A stretch of 64,000 nt of DNA from Candidatus Actinomarina sp. (GCA_041234785.1 JBEROH010000015.1:3240-67239), one strand, 5' to 3'. Positions 47,547-57,070 are shown, counted from the stretch's first letter. Numbers and translations: made by a program. Notes: a model not told the origin generated them from the letters alone.

Positions 47547-48225
47547 TTTAAAAAATGTATCTTTGGTATTTCAGGGTGGAAGTGTAGCACTTTCTAATAT
47601 AACTACTGAAATTCAAGAAGGAGAGTTCGTATACTTAATTGGCCACTCTGGAAGTGGAAAGTCATCTTTTCTAAAACTACTTTATAAAGAATTTGAAGTA
47701 ACTAAAGGTGAGATAAATGTCGCCGGTATAGATGTTCAAGAATTACCTAAATGGAAAACTCCTTTACTGCGAAGAAAATTAGGAATTGTCACACAAGAAC
47801 CTCAATTACTTGAGAATAGAAATACTTTTGAAAATATATCTTTTGCTCTTGAAGTAATGGGTAGCCCGCAAGAACAAATTGAAACAAAAACAAATACATT
47901 AATAGATTTGGTCGAGCTAAATGAAAATACATTTAAATACCCTAATCAACTATCCGGAGGTGAGCAAACGAGAGTTAGCATTGCTAGAGCATTAGCAAAT
48001 AATCCATTGATTCTTCTTTGCGATGAACCTACTGGAAATCTGGATCCGGATTTAAGTATTCAAATAGTTTCTTTGCTTGAAAAAATTAATAGAGCTGGAA
48101 CCACTATTGTGATGGCAACCCATGACTCATCAATCGTCAACAGAAGGAAAAAAAGAGTAATTGAACTTTCAAGTGGAAAAATTGTGAGAGATCAGAATGA
48201 AGGCAGTTATGGAGCTGATTCATGA
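47539..48225 (+). CDS. ftsE: cell division ATP-binding protein FtsE
   Basis: 228-aa ORF with Walker A GHSGSGKSS and signature LSGGEQTR, followed by ftsX. Confidence 0.92.
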   Translation: MINLKNVSLVFQGGSVALSNITTEIQEGEFVYLIGHSGSGKSSFLKLLYKEFEVTKGEINVAGIDVQELPKWKTPLLRRKLGIVTQEPQLLENRNTFENISFALEVMGSPQEQIETKTNTLIDLVELNENTFKYPNQLSGGEQTRVSIARALANNPLILLCDEPTGNLDPDLSIQIVSLLEKINRAGTTIVMATHDSSIVNRRKKRVIELSSGKIVRDQNEGSYGADS

Positions 48226-49100
48226 TAAGTAAATTTTCTTATGTATTTAAAAATACTATTCTAAACATGCGCAGATCTCCATTATTAGTTTTTGCTACAA
48301 TAATTGCTGTATTAGTTTCTAGCTTTTTAGTCTTTACAACACTTTCGGCTCGTTCAATTGTCGAAAATAATACAATAAGGTGGCAAAACGGAACTCATGT
48401 AGTAGTTTTTTTAGATGACAGAGTTACAACGACTGCTCATAAGCAATTACAAAATTCTTTAGAAGGTTATCCCGAAGTTAGAACGGTTGAGTATTTTACT
48501 AAGGGCGAAGCTGAGGAAGAATTTAAAGTTTTATTTAAAGATCAACCTGAACTTTTAGCCCAAGTTGACTATAGTATTTTACCTTCATCTTTGAGGGTAA
48601 ATCTTAATAATCCATCAGACTATACATTAATTATTGAAAGAATGGAAGGAAACCCAGCTGTCAAAGAAATTAGAACTTCTGGAGAAGCTATAGAAAGGTT
48701 ATTAAGCCTTACCAACACTCTTGTCGTATCTGCATCTGCATTCGCGTTCTTAATTGGGTTTGCTGCTTTTATCTTGATTATTAACACACTCAGACTTGCT
48801 GCATTTTCAAAGAGAAAAGAGATTAAAATAATGAGGTTAGTCGGAGCTTCTTCAACATATATAAGACTCCCCTTTATTTTTGAAGCAATTTTTGAGTCAT
48901 TAATTGGTACAAGTATTGCAGTGGGTTTGGGATGGGGAGTTATTGAGTATTCAAAAAATTCTATCGTTTCAGAAAGTATTTTTGATATTACAATTTCAGA
49001 TGATTACTTGATATATCTAACTCTAGTCTTACTGCTTTCTTCAGTAATTTTTGGACTGTTTGCATCATTTGTAGGTATAAGGAAAACTTTAAATGAATAA
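48222..49100 (+). CDS. ftsX: cell division permease-like protein FtsX
   Basis: 292-aa ORF with an N-terminal TM helix, an extracellular domain and three C-terminal TM helices. An ATGA overlap joins it to ftsE. Confidence 0.9.
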   Translation: MISKFSYVFKNTILNMRRSPLLVFATIIAVLVSSFLVFTTLSARSIVENNTIRWQNGTHVVVFLDDRVTTTAHKQLQNSLEGYPEVRTVEYFTKGEAEEEFKVLFKDQPELLAQVDYSILPSSLRVNLNNPSDYTLIIERMEGNPAVKEIRTSGEAIERLLSLTNTLVVSASAFAFLIGFAAFILIINTLRLAAFSKRKEIKIMRLVGASSTYIRLPFIFEAIFESLIGTSIAVGLGWGVIEYSKNSIVSESIFDITISDDYLIYLTLVLLLSSVIFGLFASFVGIRKTLNE

Positions 49101-50463
49101 AGCACTGAGAGCGACATTGGTCTTGCTTCTAATAAGCTCCTTTTTGTTACCTGAAGACTTAAAAGCAATTACAGCTGAAGATCGACTAGTAGAAGTGGAA
49201 CGTCAACTTCAAGCAATTGCTGAACAAATAAATAAGTATGAAGGTGAAAAATCTGATTTAGAAAAAGCAATTATTGCAAATGATAAAGATCTCAATCAAG
49301 TAAATAAAGAGCTATCAGAAGTTCAGTCTAGATTAGCAATCGCAGAAAGAGATTTAGAAAATGCTATAGCAAATTACAATGCTTCATTAAAAGATTTGGC
49401 ATCAGTTCAACAAACTATTGTTCAAGAGCAGACAAAGCTTGGAAAAATTAAAAATGAGATAACTAATGTTACTGATGAACTTGTAGAAACTCAACAAATG
49501 TTAGTCCAAGCTGATGAAGAGCTTCAAAACCAGGCAGTTAGTTTATACGTTAACGGAGTTATGAGTCCCACAACTGCTTTGTTCATTGAACTCGATGAAT
49601 TGTCAAAATTTTTAGTTGCATTAGGTTATGCTTCCACTGTTGTTGATACAGCGTACGAAATTGTTGAACAACTCAATGCTCTTGAAAATCTTGCGTCGAA
49701 CCAAACTATCTTTTTAACACAAAGAGAGGAAGAGCGTGAAGAAATTGTAATAAATTTACAGAAAGAAGAAGACAGAAAAAATCAAATTGCAATAAATGCT
49801 GAAAATTTTGCAGATGATGTCGAAGACAGAAAAAATGATGTTGAACGGGAAAAGAGACAAGTAGAGGCTAAAAAAGCCCAAGTATTAAAAGCTCGTCAAC
49901 AAGCACAGAATTTATTATTACAAGCTAACAAAGAACTAGAGAAATTAGACAAAGAACACGCAGACTTAGAAAAGCTTGAAGAAGCCATTCAAGCTGATAT
50001 TGAGAGGTTGAGTTCATTAGGTGGTGTCGCTCCTAATCAATTAAGTTGGCCTGTGACAACGGGATATGTTTCCAGTGGTTATAAATGGCGAAGACTTGGA
50101 GGAACTACTAGTTTTCATGGAGCTATTGATATTGCAGCAAGTAGAGGAACCCCAATTAAAGCAGCTGCTGGAGGGGTTGTAATTTTAGCTAGATATTATG
50201 GTCTTGCTGGCAATACAGTTTTTATAGATCATGGTGGAGGTATGACTACACTTTATTTCCATATGGATAGAATTGATGTAAAAGTTGGCCAAACAGTTAT
50301 TACTGGAGATAGGGTAGGGACAGTTGGCAATACAGGAAGATCTACAGGACCTCACCTACATTTTGAAGTTAGGTTGAGAAACCCAGGTTCATCAGGTTGT
50401 TCATTACCTTATCTAGATCCAACCTCTAGAGGTCGAGTCAACCCTTATTGTTTCTTAAGCTAA
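49093..50463 (+). CDS. coiled-coil M23 (LytM) peptidoglycan endopeptidase, EnvC/PcsB-like FtsEX partner
   Basis: 456-aa ORF with a signal peptide and a long heptad-rich coiled coil. The C-terminal M23 domain has intact HGAID (HxxxD) and HLH (HxH) motifs. Confidence 0.85.
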   Translation: MNKALRATLVLLLISSFLLPEDLKAITAEDRLVEVERQLQAIAEQINKYEGEKSDLEKAIIANDKDLNQVNKELSEVQSRLAIAERDLENAIANYNASLKDLASVQQTIVQEQTKLGKIKNEITNVTDELVETQQMLVQADEELQNQAVSLYVNGVMSPTTALFIELDELSKFLVALGYASTVVDTAYEIVEQLNALENLASNQTIFLTQREEEREEIVINLQKEEDRKNQIAINAENFADDVEDRKNDVEREKRQVEAKKAQVLKARQQAQNLLLQANKELEKLDKEHADLEKLEEAIQADIERLSSLGGVAPNQLSWPVTTGYVSSGYKWRRLGGTTSFHGAIDIAASRGTPIKAAAGGVVILARYYGLAGNTVFIDHGGGMTTLYFHMDRIDVKVGQTVITGDRVGTVGNTGRSTGPHLHFEVRLRNPGSSGCSLPYLDPTSRGRVNPYCFLS

Positions 50464-50894
50464 TGAAAGTTTTCGCAGAAAATAGAAAAGCTAAAAACTC
50501 CTATATTTTTGAAGAGTTTTTTGAGGCCGGTATTGTTCTTTCGGGACCAGAAACTAAAAGTGTTAGGAATGGCGGTATTTCAATTGTAGATGCCTTTGCA
50601 ATTATCGAAAATGAAGAAGCATTTTTATTTGAAATGAATATAGAACCATATAAATATTCAAACCAAGTTGATTACAATCCAAAATCTAAAAGAAAATTGC
50701 TAATGCATAAAGGAGAAATTAAAAAACTAATTGGTTCAACATCTCAAAAGGGACTGACTCTAGTGGCTACTAAAGTTTATGAAAAGAATGGTTTTATTAA
50801 AATTGAACTCGCACTTTCAAAAGGAAAAAAAGATTACGATAAAAGAAAAAAAATTTTAGACAAGCAATTCAAAAAAGAAATTAAAAACTATTAA
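50463..50894 (+). CDS. smpB: SsrA-binding protein SmpB
   Basis: SmpB-like sequence (NRKAKNSYIFEE..GIVLSGPETKS..., KRKLLMHK). I prefer ATG at 50463 (TAATG overlap with the upstream stop) to the track TTG at 50448. Confidence 0.9.
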   Translation: MKVFAENRKAKNSYIFEEFFEAGIVLSGPETKSVRNGGISIVDAFAIIENEEAFLFEMNIEPYKYSNQVDYNPKSKRKLLMHKGEIKKLIGSTSQKGLTLVATKVYEKNGFIKIELALSKGKKDYDKRKKILDKQFKKEIKNY

Positions 50895-52410
50895 AAGTTT
50901 TTTCTGTACCAACTCTAAAGTCATTAACTCCTTCAAAAAAGCCATCACTTTTTTTATAGATTACTGAGATTGGACCAAATCCTTTTACGTATTTATTCTC
51001 ATTGTTTATTTTATGACCCAATGAAGTTAGTTTGTCTAACGTTTCTTTTGAAATATTTTCAAATCTTAAATTAGACACCTGATTGCTTTCAAAATTATCA
51101 ATGACCCATCTTGGTAATTTAATAATATTTTCGAAACTTTTATTTTCTTTAATATAAGGAAGAATTGCTTGTATAAGAAGTTGGGGTTGATGCCTTCCGC
51201 CTCTTGTTCCGATAATAAATTCTAGTTTTCCATTTTTGGACCAAATTGTTGGAGAAAGTGTATGTAAAGGTTTTTTTCTAGGTTCAATACAGTTTGGGTG
51301 GTCTTCTACCAAGTTAAATCCACACCCTCTGTTGTGAAGAAAAAAACCATGTCTTCCAACTCCAATTCTGCTACCTATTCCATAAAAGTTTGATTGGATA
51401 AGTGAGACTCCAAGACCACTACTATCAACAGTGGTCATGTAAGCCGTCCCACCTCCATGAGGATTTGGAAAATTAAATATTCCTGATTTTTTCGAATTGA
51501 AGCTTTTTATTTTTTCTTCAATATACGAAAGATCATTACCTACAAAATTATTTATTTTGTTTTTATAATCAAATGTAATATTGTCTCTATCGGCAGCAAA
51601 AATTCTATAAGATTCTATTAAAGAATGTAATGTAGTGCTGTCCTCATTGATTAACTCGACTCCTTTAAGTGATGAAAGTGTTAAATATCCTTGTGTTGAT
51701 GGTGGAGACGTCCATCCGTCATAACCAAAAATGTTTTGGTGAAGCGGTTTTCTCCATTCAGATTGATACTCTGATAAGTCCTGCATAGTAATTGCTCCAC
51801 CAACTGCATTTGAAATTTCTGATGCTATTTCTCCTTTGTAGAAATAATCTACTCCATTGTCTCTAAGTCGTTCTAAAGTTTTTCCAAGTTGGGGTCGTCT
51901 GATGCGTGTACCTGCTTCTATTGGTAAATTGTTTCTATAAAAAGAATATCCAGATGGGTGACCACTTAATTCCTCTCTAAACATATCCAAACTTGAATAA
52001 AGTTCATCATTTATTAAAAAACCTTCATGACATAACTCAATTCCTAAATTTAAGATACTTTCAATTTTTAATTTTCCGTATTTACTACTTAATTCATACC
52101 AACCTGCAACAGCACCAGGTACTGTAACTGACAGTGGGTGGTTGAGTGGTATAGTTTTAAATTGTTTTAACTTTTTAACATCAGCCAGTGATCCAGCATA
52201 TCCTGATGCATCTAAGAAATCTGGTTGATTTTTATTGGGATCCCAAATCAAAGCAAATAAATCACCGCCTATCCCACAAGTTTCTGGGGCGACTATACCT
52301 TGAATGAGGTTTGTGGCTATTGCTGCATCTACAGCATTACCGCCTAGTTTAAAAATTTCGGAACCAGCAGCAGTAGAAAGATGATGTGGTGAAACTATGA
52401 CATTATTCAT
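50881..52410 (-). CDS. gamma-glutamyltransferase family protein (no obvious signal peptide)
   Basis: 509-aa ORF, GGT-like, with the nucleophile region GGGTAYMTTVD and an N-terminal GGNAVDAAIA. Confidence 0.85.
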   Translation of the reverse strand: MNNVIVSPHHLSTAAGSEIFKLGGNAVDAAIATNLIQGIVAPETCGIGGDLFALIWDPNKNQPDFLDASGYAGSLADVKKLKQFKTIPLNHPLSVTVPGAVAGWYELSSKYGKLKIESILNLGIELCHEGFLINDELYSSLDMFREELSGHPSGYSFYRNNLPIEAGTRIRRPQLGKTLERLRDNGVDYFYKGEIASEISNAVGGAITMQDLSEYQSEWRKPLHQNIFGYDGWTSPPSTQGYLTLSSLKGVELINEDSTTLHSLIESYRIFAADRDNITFDYKNKINNFVGNDLSYIEEKIKSFNSKKSGIFNFPNPHGGGTAYMTTVDSSGLGVSLIQSNFYGIGSRIGVGRHGFFLHNRGCGFNLVEDHPNCIEPRKKPLHTLSPTIWSKNGKLEFIIGTRGGRHQPQLLIQAILPYIKENKSFENIIKLPRWVIDNFESNQVSNLRFENISKETLDKLTSLGHKINNENKYVKGFGPISVIYKKSDGFFEGVNDFRVGTEKTFNSF

Positions 52411-52502
52411 TTCCTCAATTATAAGTCAGTTTTTTAATATTTCTCCATTAGGTTACTTTTATAAACTTAATGAATCTAAAATATTTTAAGTAAAGGAGAA
52501 TA

Positions 52503-52811
52503 ATGAGAGAAATAAATGCTCAAGAATATGAAGAATTACTAAAATCTGAATCACCTGTTGTAATAGATTTTCATGCTACCTGGTGTGGTCCGTGTAAAGT
52601 TTTAAGTCCAATCCTTGAAGAACTCGCTTCTGAAGTTGAAGGTGTTGAATTTGTAAAATTAGACGTTGATCAACATCCAGAAATAGCTGGTGCAAACCAA
52701 GTTATGGGTGTGCCTACAGTTGTTATGCTTAAAGGCGGAGAAGTTAAAGAGAGATTCGTTGGCGTACAACCAAAAGAAGTCATAAAAGAAAAAGTTTCCG
52801 CATTAATTTAA
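52503..52811 (+). CDS. trxA: thioredoxin
   Basis: 102-aa ORF with the WCGPC active site and a strong SD (AAAGGAG) upstream. Confidence 0.93.
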   Translation: MREINAQEYEELLKSESPVVIDFHATWCGPCKVLSPILEELASEVEGVEFVKLDVDQHPEIAGANQVMGVPTVVMLKGGEVKERFVGVQPKEVIKEKVSALI

Positions 52812-52812
52812 T

Positions 52813-53073
52813 TTGATTAAATTAATTCTTTTTCTCCAAATAGTTTTACTAACCCTTTTTTTCGGGGCAGGATATTTTATTTATCTTGAAATTGGTGCAA
52901 TTTCATCTGCCTTAGAGGAAGCTATGGGTGTAATTGGAGAGATTAAGAACCTTTTACCTAAATTAGAAGTTGCTGTTGATACAGTTATTTCACTTGAGGC
53001 TGCCTTCCAAAGCTTGGCAGGTATAAGTGACATATTGACCATGTTATTAGATCCACTTCAAGGAAATTCATAA
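52813..53073 (+). CDS. hypothetical small membrane-anchored protein (86 aa)
   Basis: ORF with a TTG start 1 nt after the trxA stop. It has one N-terminal TM helix followed by an amphipathic helix. No family recognised. Confidence 0.45.
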   Translation: MIKLILFLQIVLLTLFFGAGYFIYLEIGAISSALEEAMGVIGEIKNLLPKLEVAVDTVISLEAAFQSLAGISDILTMLLDPLQGNS

Positions 53074-53074
53074 A

Positions 53075-53326
53075 GTGAAAATAGATATTTATTCAACAGA
53101 CTGGTGTGGAGATTGTGTACGCTCGAAAGCTTTTTTAAAAAAACATAATATTGCATTTAATGAAATAAATGTTGATTCAAATAACGAAGCAAATGAATAT
53201 ATTAAAACTCTACAAAATTCTCAAAGAAGAATACCAACTATAGTTTTTTCTGACGGTTCCTTTTTAGTAGAACCAACAGACATAGAATTAGAGGAAAAAT
53301 TAACACAGTTAGGTTTAATCACTTGA
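53075..53326 (+). CDS. glutaredoxin-like (NrdH/mycoredoxin-like) protein
   Basis: 83-aa ORF with a WCGDC redox motif in a thioredoxin-fold-sized protein. It uses a GTG start. Confidence 0.75.
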   Translation: MKIDIYSTDWCGDCVRSKAFLKKHNIAFNEINVDSNNEANEYIKTLQNSQRRIPTIVFSDGSFLVEPTDIELEEKLTQLGLIT

Positions 53327-53346
53327 CAGATGATAGTGACGTTCAA

Positions 53347-54270
53347 ATGAAAATTTTAATTTGTGATACTTTAGACCATGCTGTTGTTGATAAATTAAAA
53401 AGTATTGGAAACTGTGTGGATATTTCAAATTCTGAATATAAGTTGGAAGATCTAAATAAAAATATTAGTGATGCAGAAATAGTTGTTATTAGAAGTGAAA
53501 CGAGCATATCAAAAGACGTCATCGATCTTTCTAATAATCTAAGAGTTATTGCCCGTTGTGGGGTAGGTGTAGATAACGTTGATGTTGATTATGCAAAATC
53601 AAAAGGAGTATTTGTTACAAATGCTCCAAGTGCAAATATTATTTCTGTTGTTGAACATACAGTTGCTTTAATTTTTGCAGTTGCTAGAAATTTAATTCCA
53701 TCTGACCAATCGCTTAAAAAAGGTGATTGGGATAGAAAAAAATTTATAGGAATAGAGTTACACAACAAACAATTAGGTATAGTTGGTTTCGGAAAAGCAG
53801 GTAAACTTTTATCCGAAAGAATGAGAAGTTTTGGAATGTCAGTTGTTTTTTATGATCCGTTTATAACTAACTGGGATGGACCTGAAGAGAGTGTTGATTT
53901 GGATATACTTTTATCAAAATCAGATGTTATTTCAATTCATGTTATAAAAACTAAAGAAACTGCAAATATGATTACAAAAGATAAATTAGATTTATTAAAA
54001 AAGACTGCAATCTTGGTTAACACTTCTAGAGGAGGTGTTTTAGATGAAGATTATTTTGCAAAATTAATTAAAGAGAAACGTATATTCGGTGGTGGTTTAG
54101 ACGTCTACACTGAAGAACCCCCTTCTTTCAGTAAAGAATATTTAGAAACAAACCTTATCACCACTCCTCATCTTGGAGCCTCTACTAAGGAAGCACAGTA
54201 CAGAGCAGGTATTGATACTGTTGAAAATATTATTAAAATTTTAAATGGCGATACTTCTAATGCATTATAA
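53347..54270 (+). CDS. D-isomer-specific 2-hydroxyacid dehydrogenase (phosphoglycerate dehydrogenase-like)
   Basis: It carries the NAD motif GIVGFGKAGK and a catalytic region TSRGG...TPHLGAST. The start is ATG at 53347 (MKILICD) or the upstream TTG at 53323. Confidence 0.85.
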   Translation: MKILICDTLDHAVVDKLKSIGNCVDISNSEYKLEDLNKNISDAEIVVIRSETSISKDVIDLSNNLRVIARCGVGVDNVDVDYAKSKGVFVTNAPSANIISVVEHTVALIFAVARNLIPSDQSLKKGDWDRKKFIGIELHNKQLGIVGFGKAGKLLSERMRSFGMSVVFYDPFITNWDGPEESVDLDILLSKSDVISIHVIKTKETANMITKDKLDLLKKTAILVNTSRGGVLDEDYFAKLIKEKRIFGGGLDVYTEEPPSFSKEYLETNLITTPHLGASTKEAQYRAGIDTVENIIKILNGDTSNAL

Positions 54271-54370
54271 AAATTAAAAAAATAGTTGTAAAAAACCTAT
54301 TTGAATACAATAATTAATATACCGTTTAGTTGTTTAGGCTGGCACCAATAACTTTCGAGCAAAAATTAAC

Positions 54371-55507
54371 TTAATCTTCAAAGTTTTTTATTACACTCTC
54401 ATAAACCGGCCATCCATATGGAATACATCCAAAAGTTCCTTTACTTTGCTGTAGCATCAATGGTGCAACGGCACCTTCTTTGGGGCAATCTATATGTTCC
54501 CATCCCAAAACATGGCCTGTCTCGTGATTAATCAAATATATTCTGTACATTTCCATGTCATTTTGAAAATCAACTGCACCATTTTTCCATCTAAACTCAT
54601 TAATTACAACTTCAGTTTCATTTCTGCATGAATATATGCCATTTGTTTCAAGAGGGAAGCAAAGTTCATCTGTTTTATCTGGTGAAGCAAAGATATAAAC
54701 AAAGTCACTGTCTTCTTCATTGGTAATTTGAAAAGGCTTCTCTGTTAGTTTTTGCCATCCTTGTTCATTATTTAAAATTAAAAATAGTAGGTTTTTTAGA
54801 CATGTTGGGTCTAAATCTAAGGTAGATTCAACTTTTATTGCATAGTTTATTTTTTTGTTATCTCTTAAATTTACATTTTCAGGAAATAACCACTCAGTGG
54901 ACTCATCATTAATAATATTTGAATCTTTATAGCATCCACTAAGCAGATCAGTTGTTCCAATATTTTTTGAACGTTTGATTGCTTCGTCTGAAAGAAAGAT
55001 TGTGGTTAAATTTTCTTGTTGATTGCTTTTAGCACTTACAACACTTTTTACTTCATCAAGTTGTTCCATGTAGTAGTTAATGGAGTTATAAATTTGCAAT
55101 GAGGAAAGAATACTTTCTAATTGGTCACTTGGAATATTCTGGTAGTTGTTTAGAAAATAATCTTTCGTATATTCATAGTGATTTAAGTATTTTTCTTTTT
55201 GATTCTCAATTAAGTTAAGTCCATTTTGCCATTGACTTAAACATTCCTCAGTTAATCCATACCAACTGCCAAATTTTTCACACTCGACGTCGATTTGTTC
55301 TAAGGTTGTAAGAATAAAAGTTTCAAATGGAATAGAAAGTTGCTTGTATTGTTCAAGATTCTTAAGTACCTCAGTAGTTGATGTTGTGATAATTGGCTCA
55401 CTAATAATTTCTGGATCGATTTCATTTTCATTAAAGAATTGAAATGCAAAAATACTAAAACCTATTAAAGCAATAAGTAACATAGTAGTTTTTAATATTT
55501 GGTTCAT
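54371..55507 (-). CDS. membrane-anchored putative zinc metalloprotease with a metzincin-type HExxHxxGxxH motif (DUF3152-like)
   Basis: 378-aa ORF with an N-terminal TM helix and HETGHVLGWEH near the C-terminus. The family name is recalled from memory. Confidence 0.65.
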   Translation of the reverse strand: MNQILKTTMLLIALIGFSIFAFQFFNENEIDPEIISEPIITTSTTEVLKNLEQYKQLSIPFETFILTTLEQIDVECEKFGSWYGLTEECLSQWQNGLNLIENQKEKYLNHYEYTKDYFLNNYQNIPSDQLESILSSLQIYNSINYYMEQLDEVKSVVSAKSNQQENLTTIFLSDEAIKRSKNIGTTDLLSGCYKDSNIINDESTEWLFPENVNLRDNKKINYAIKVESTLDLDPTCLKNLLFLILNNEQGWQKLTEKPFQITNEEDSDFVYIFASPDKTDELCFPLETNGIYSCRNETEVVINEFRWKNGAVDFQNDMEMYRIYLINHETGHVLGWEHIDCPKEGAVAPLMLQQSKGTFGCIPYGWPVYESVIKNFED

Positions 55508-55619
55508 ATATATATGTTAAAGGTAAGAAAAAAAATATTGATAAAAAAATAAATAACTAATATAAGAAATCATTATGAAACAATGATTAATAAATGAATT
55601 AACTTTAAAATATAACTGT

Positions 55620-56060
55620 ATGGAGCTTTCAAAATTGTTAAAAAAAAGTATCGAAGAGAATGCATTCTCTGCAATTTCTACATATTTATCAAATGGTGAT
55701 ATTCAAACCCATTTAATGTGGATAGATTATAGAGATAATTATTTATTAATTAATACGGAACAAAATAGGAAAAAAACAGAAAATATTCGAGCTAATTCGA
55801 AAATTTCCTTGGTTGTTTTCCATCCAACATCTATGTACTCAAGTTGGGAAATTAGAGGCGAAGTTGTCAGAATTGTTGAAGACCAATCAGCAAATGAACA
55901 TATAGATAAACTTTCAAAAAGATACACGGGGAAGCCCTATAGAAGAGATTTAGACGAAAAATGGGATCCAAGTAAAATAAAAAATCGTGAACTTTGGTAT
56001 ATTCAGCCAAATAAGATTATTCCTATGATAAGACCTCAAGCTAAGTTAGGATCTGAATAA
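55620..56060 (+). CDS. pyridoxamine 5'-phosphate oxidase-family (PPOX-class, possibly F420-dependent) protein
   Basis: 146-aa ORF of split-barrel size, with sequence features such as LMWIDYRDNYLLINTEQNRKKTENIR. Confidence 0.65.
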   Translation: MELSKLLKKSIEENAFSAISTYLSNGDIQTHLMWIDYRDNYLLINTEQNRKKTENIRANSKISLVVFHPTSMYSSWEIRGEVVRIVEDQSANEHIDKLSKRYTGKPYRRDLDEKWDPSKIKNRELWYIQPNKIIPMIRPQAKLGSE

Positions 56061-56680
56061 AATTTTAAAAAGGGATGTTCATCAAATAGATCAGATTGAG
56101 ATTTGAGGAATTCTTTTATTATATTTTCTGCATTAAAAGAAATATCACCACCTCTGATTTCTATGTGTCCTGATTTTCTAAAAATATCTTTTGGAATTTT
56201 TTTAAGGTAACGTTTAAAATTTTCTTCTGAAATTCGTAAAAATTTAGCTAATGACAATTCGACTTTTATTGATATCGGTAATACATTACAACTAAATACA
56301 TATAATGAAGAAAACATTGCCCAATCTAAATTGCTTGGACGTCTACCCTTCTCAAAAACTGAAAAATCATATTCTGGAAAGTACAGATAGGGAGAATAAG
56401 CCGCACCGGATTTATCTGAAAGAAAACGAAAAATATACCTATCGAGTAACTTAATATCTAAATTATGGAGTCTATTTTCTAGTCCTGTTTTATTAAATTG
56501 CAGTTCACTTTCAAGGAATGAAAGTTGTAAATTATTTATTAAAATTTTCCCGTAATAATTTTCAATGGTTGCTTTCAAAAGAATATTTTTTGGAATGAAT
56601 ATTAGTCCATCATTGTCAGATGAATTAAGTTCGACTTCTGCTTTGTCGTTTAAATTAAATTTAGGGTTATTTATTTTCAT
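56036..56680 (-). CDS. hypothetical protein (214 aa)
   Basis: Long uninterrupted ORF with no TM helix and no recognised motif. It overlaps the 3' end of the PPOX gene by 25 nt. Confidence 0.6.
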   Translation of the reverse strand: MKINNPKFNLNDKAEVELNSSDNDGLIFIPKNILLKATIENYYGKILINNLQLSFLESELQFNKTGLENRLHNLDIKLLDRYIFRFLSDKSGAAYSPYLYFPEYDFSVFEKGRRPSNLDWAMFSSLYVFSCNVLPISIKVELSLAKFLRISEENFKRYLKKIPKDIFRKSGHIEIRGGDISFNAENIIKEFLKSQSDLFDEHPFLKFYSDPNLA

Positions 56681-56732
56681 ATTTTATATTCAGTTATATT
56701 CCAGTATAATTTTATAGCTAATAAAAGAATAT

Positions 56733-57067
56733 GGGGGTGAACTGGCTTCGACTTTGAAGTGAGTCTCTCAGTAGCGAGTCGAGGGTCCTAGGGCCTCGTT
56801 AAAAACGTAGGAAAAAAATATAACTGCCAAACCTAAGTTGGCTTTAGCAGCGTAATGCTGCTCGTCACCTGCCGGGGCTCCCACCTCGGGTAGTAATGGC
56901 GTCGCAATGTGGGATGCTGAGTTAGGTTACCGACTAACTTTCAAGATTTAGGTAAAAACTTTCAGGTTATAGGTTCCGATGACTTGCCTGAATGTACTGC
57001 ATCGGATGCACTCGGAGAAGCTGTTAGGTAGCTTGGAAGGACCGGGGTTCGACTCCCCGCACCTCCA
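56733..57067 (+). ncRNA. ssrA: transfer-messenger RNA (tmRNA, SsrA); tag ORF 56826-56855 encodes AKPKLALAA
   Basis: The 5' GGGGGTG pairs with the 3' CACCTCC and includes a G3:U pair. The T-arm is CGGGGTTCGACTCCCCG. An A-rich stretch precedes the resume codon GCC, followed by GCC AAA CCT AAG TTG GCT TTA GCA GCG TAA, with the stop in the loop of an AGCAGC/GCTGCT hairpin. It forms a GC-rich island in AT-rich DNA. Confidence 0.93.
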
Positions 57068-57070
57068 CAA

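Noticed and set aside
54340-54345. TGGCAC resembling the -24 element of a sigma-54 promoter.
   Set aside because: The expected TTGC -12 element is absent at the correct spacing (CAATA is followed by ACTT). No plus-strand gene lies downstream, and actinobacteria lack sigma-54.
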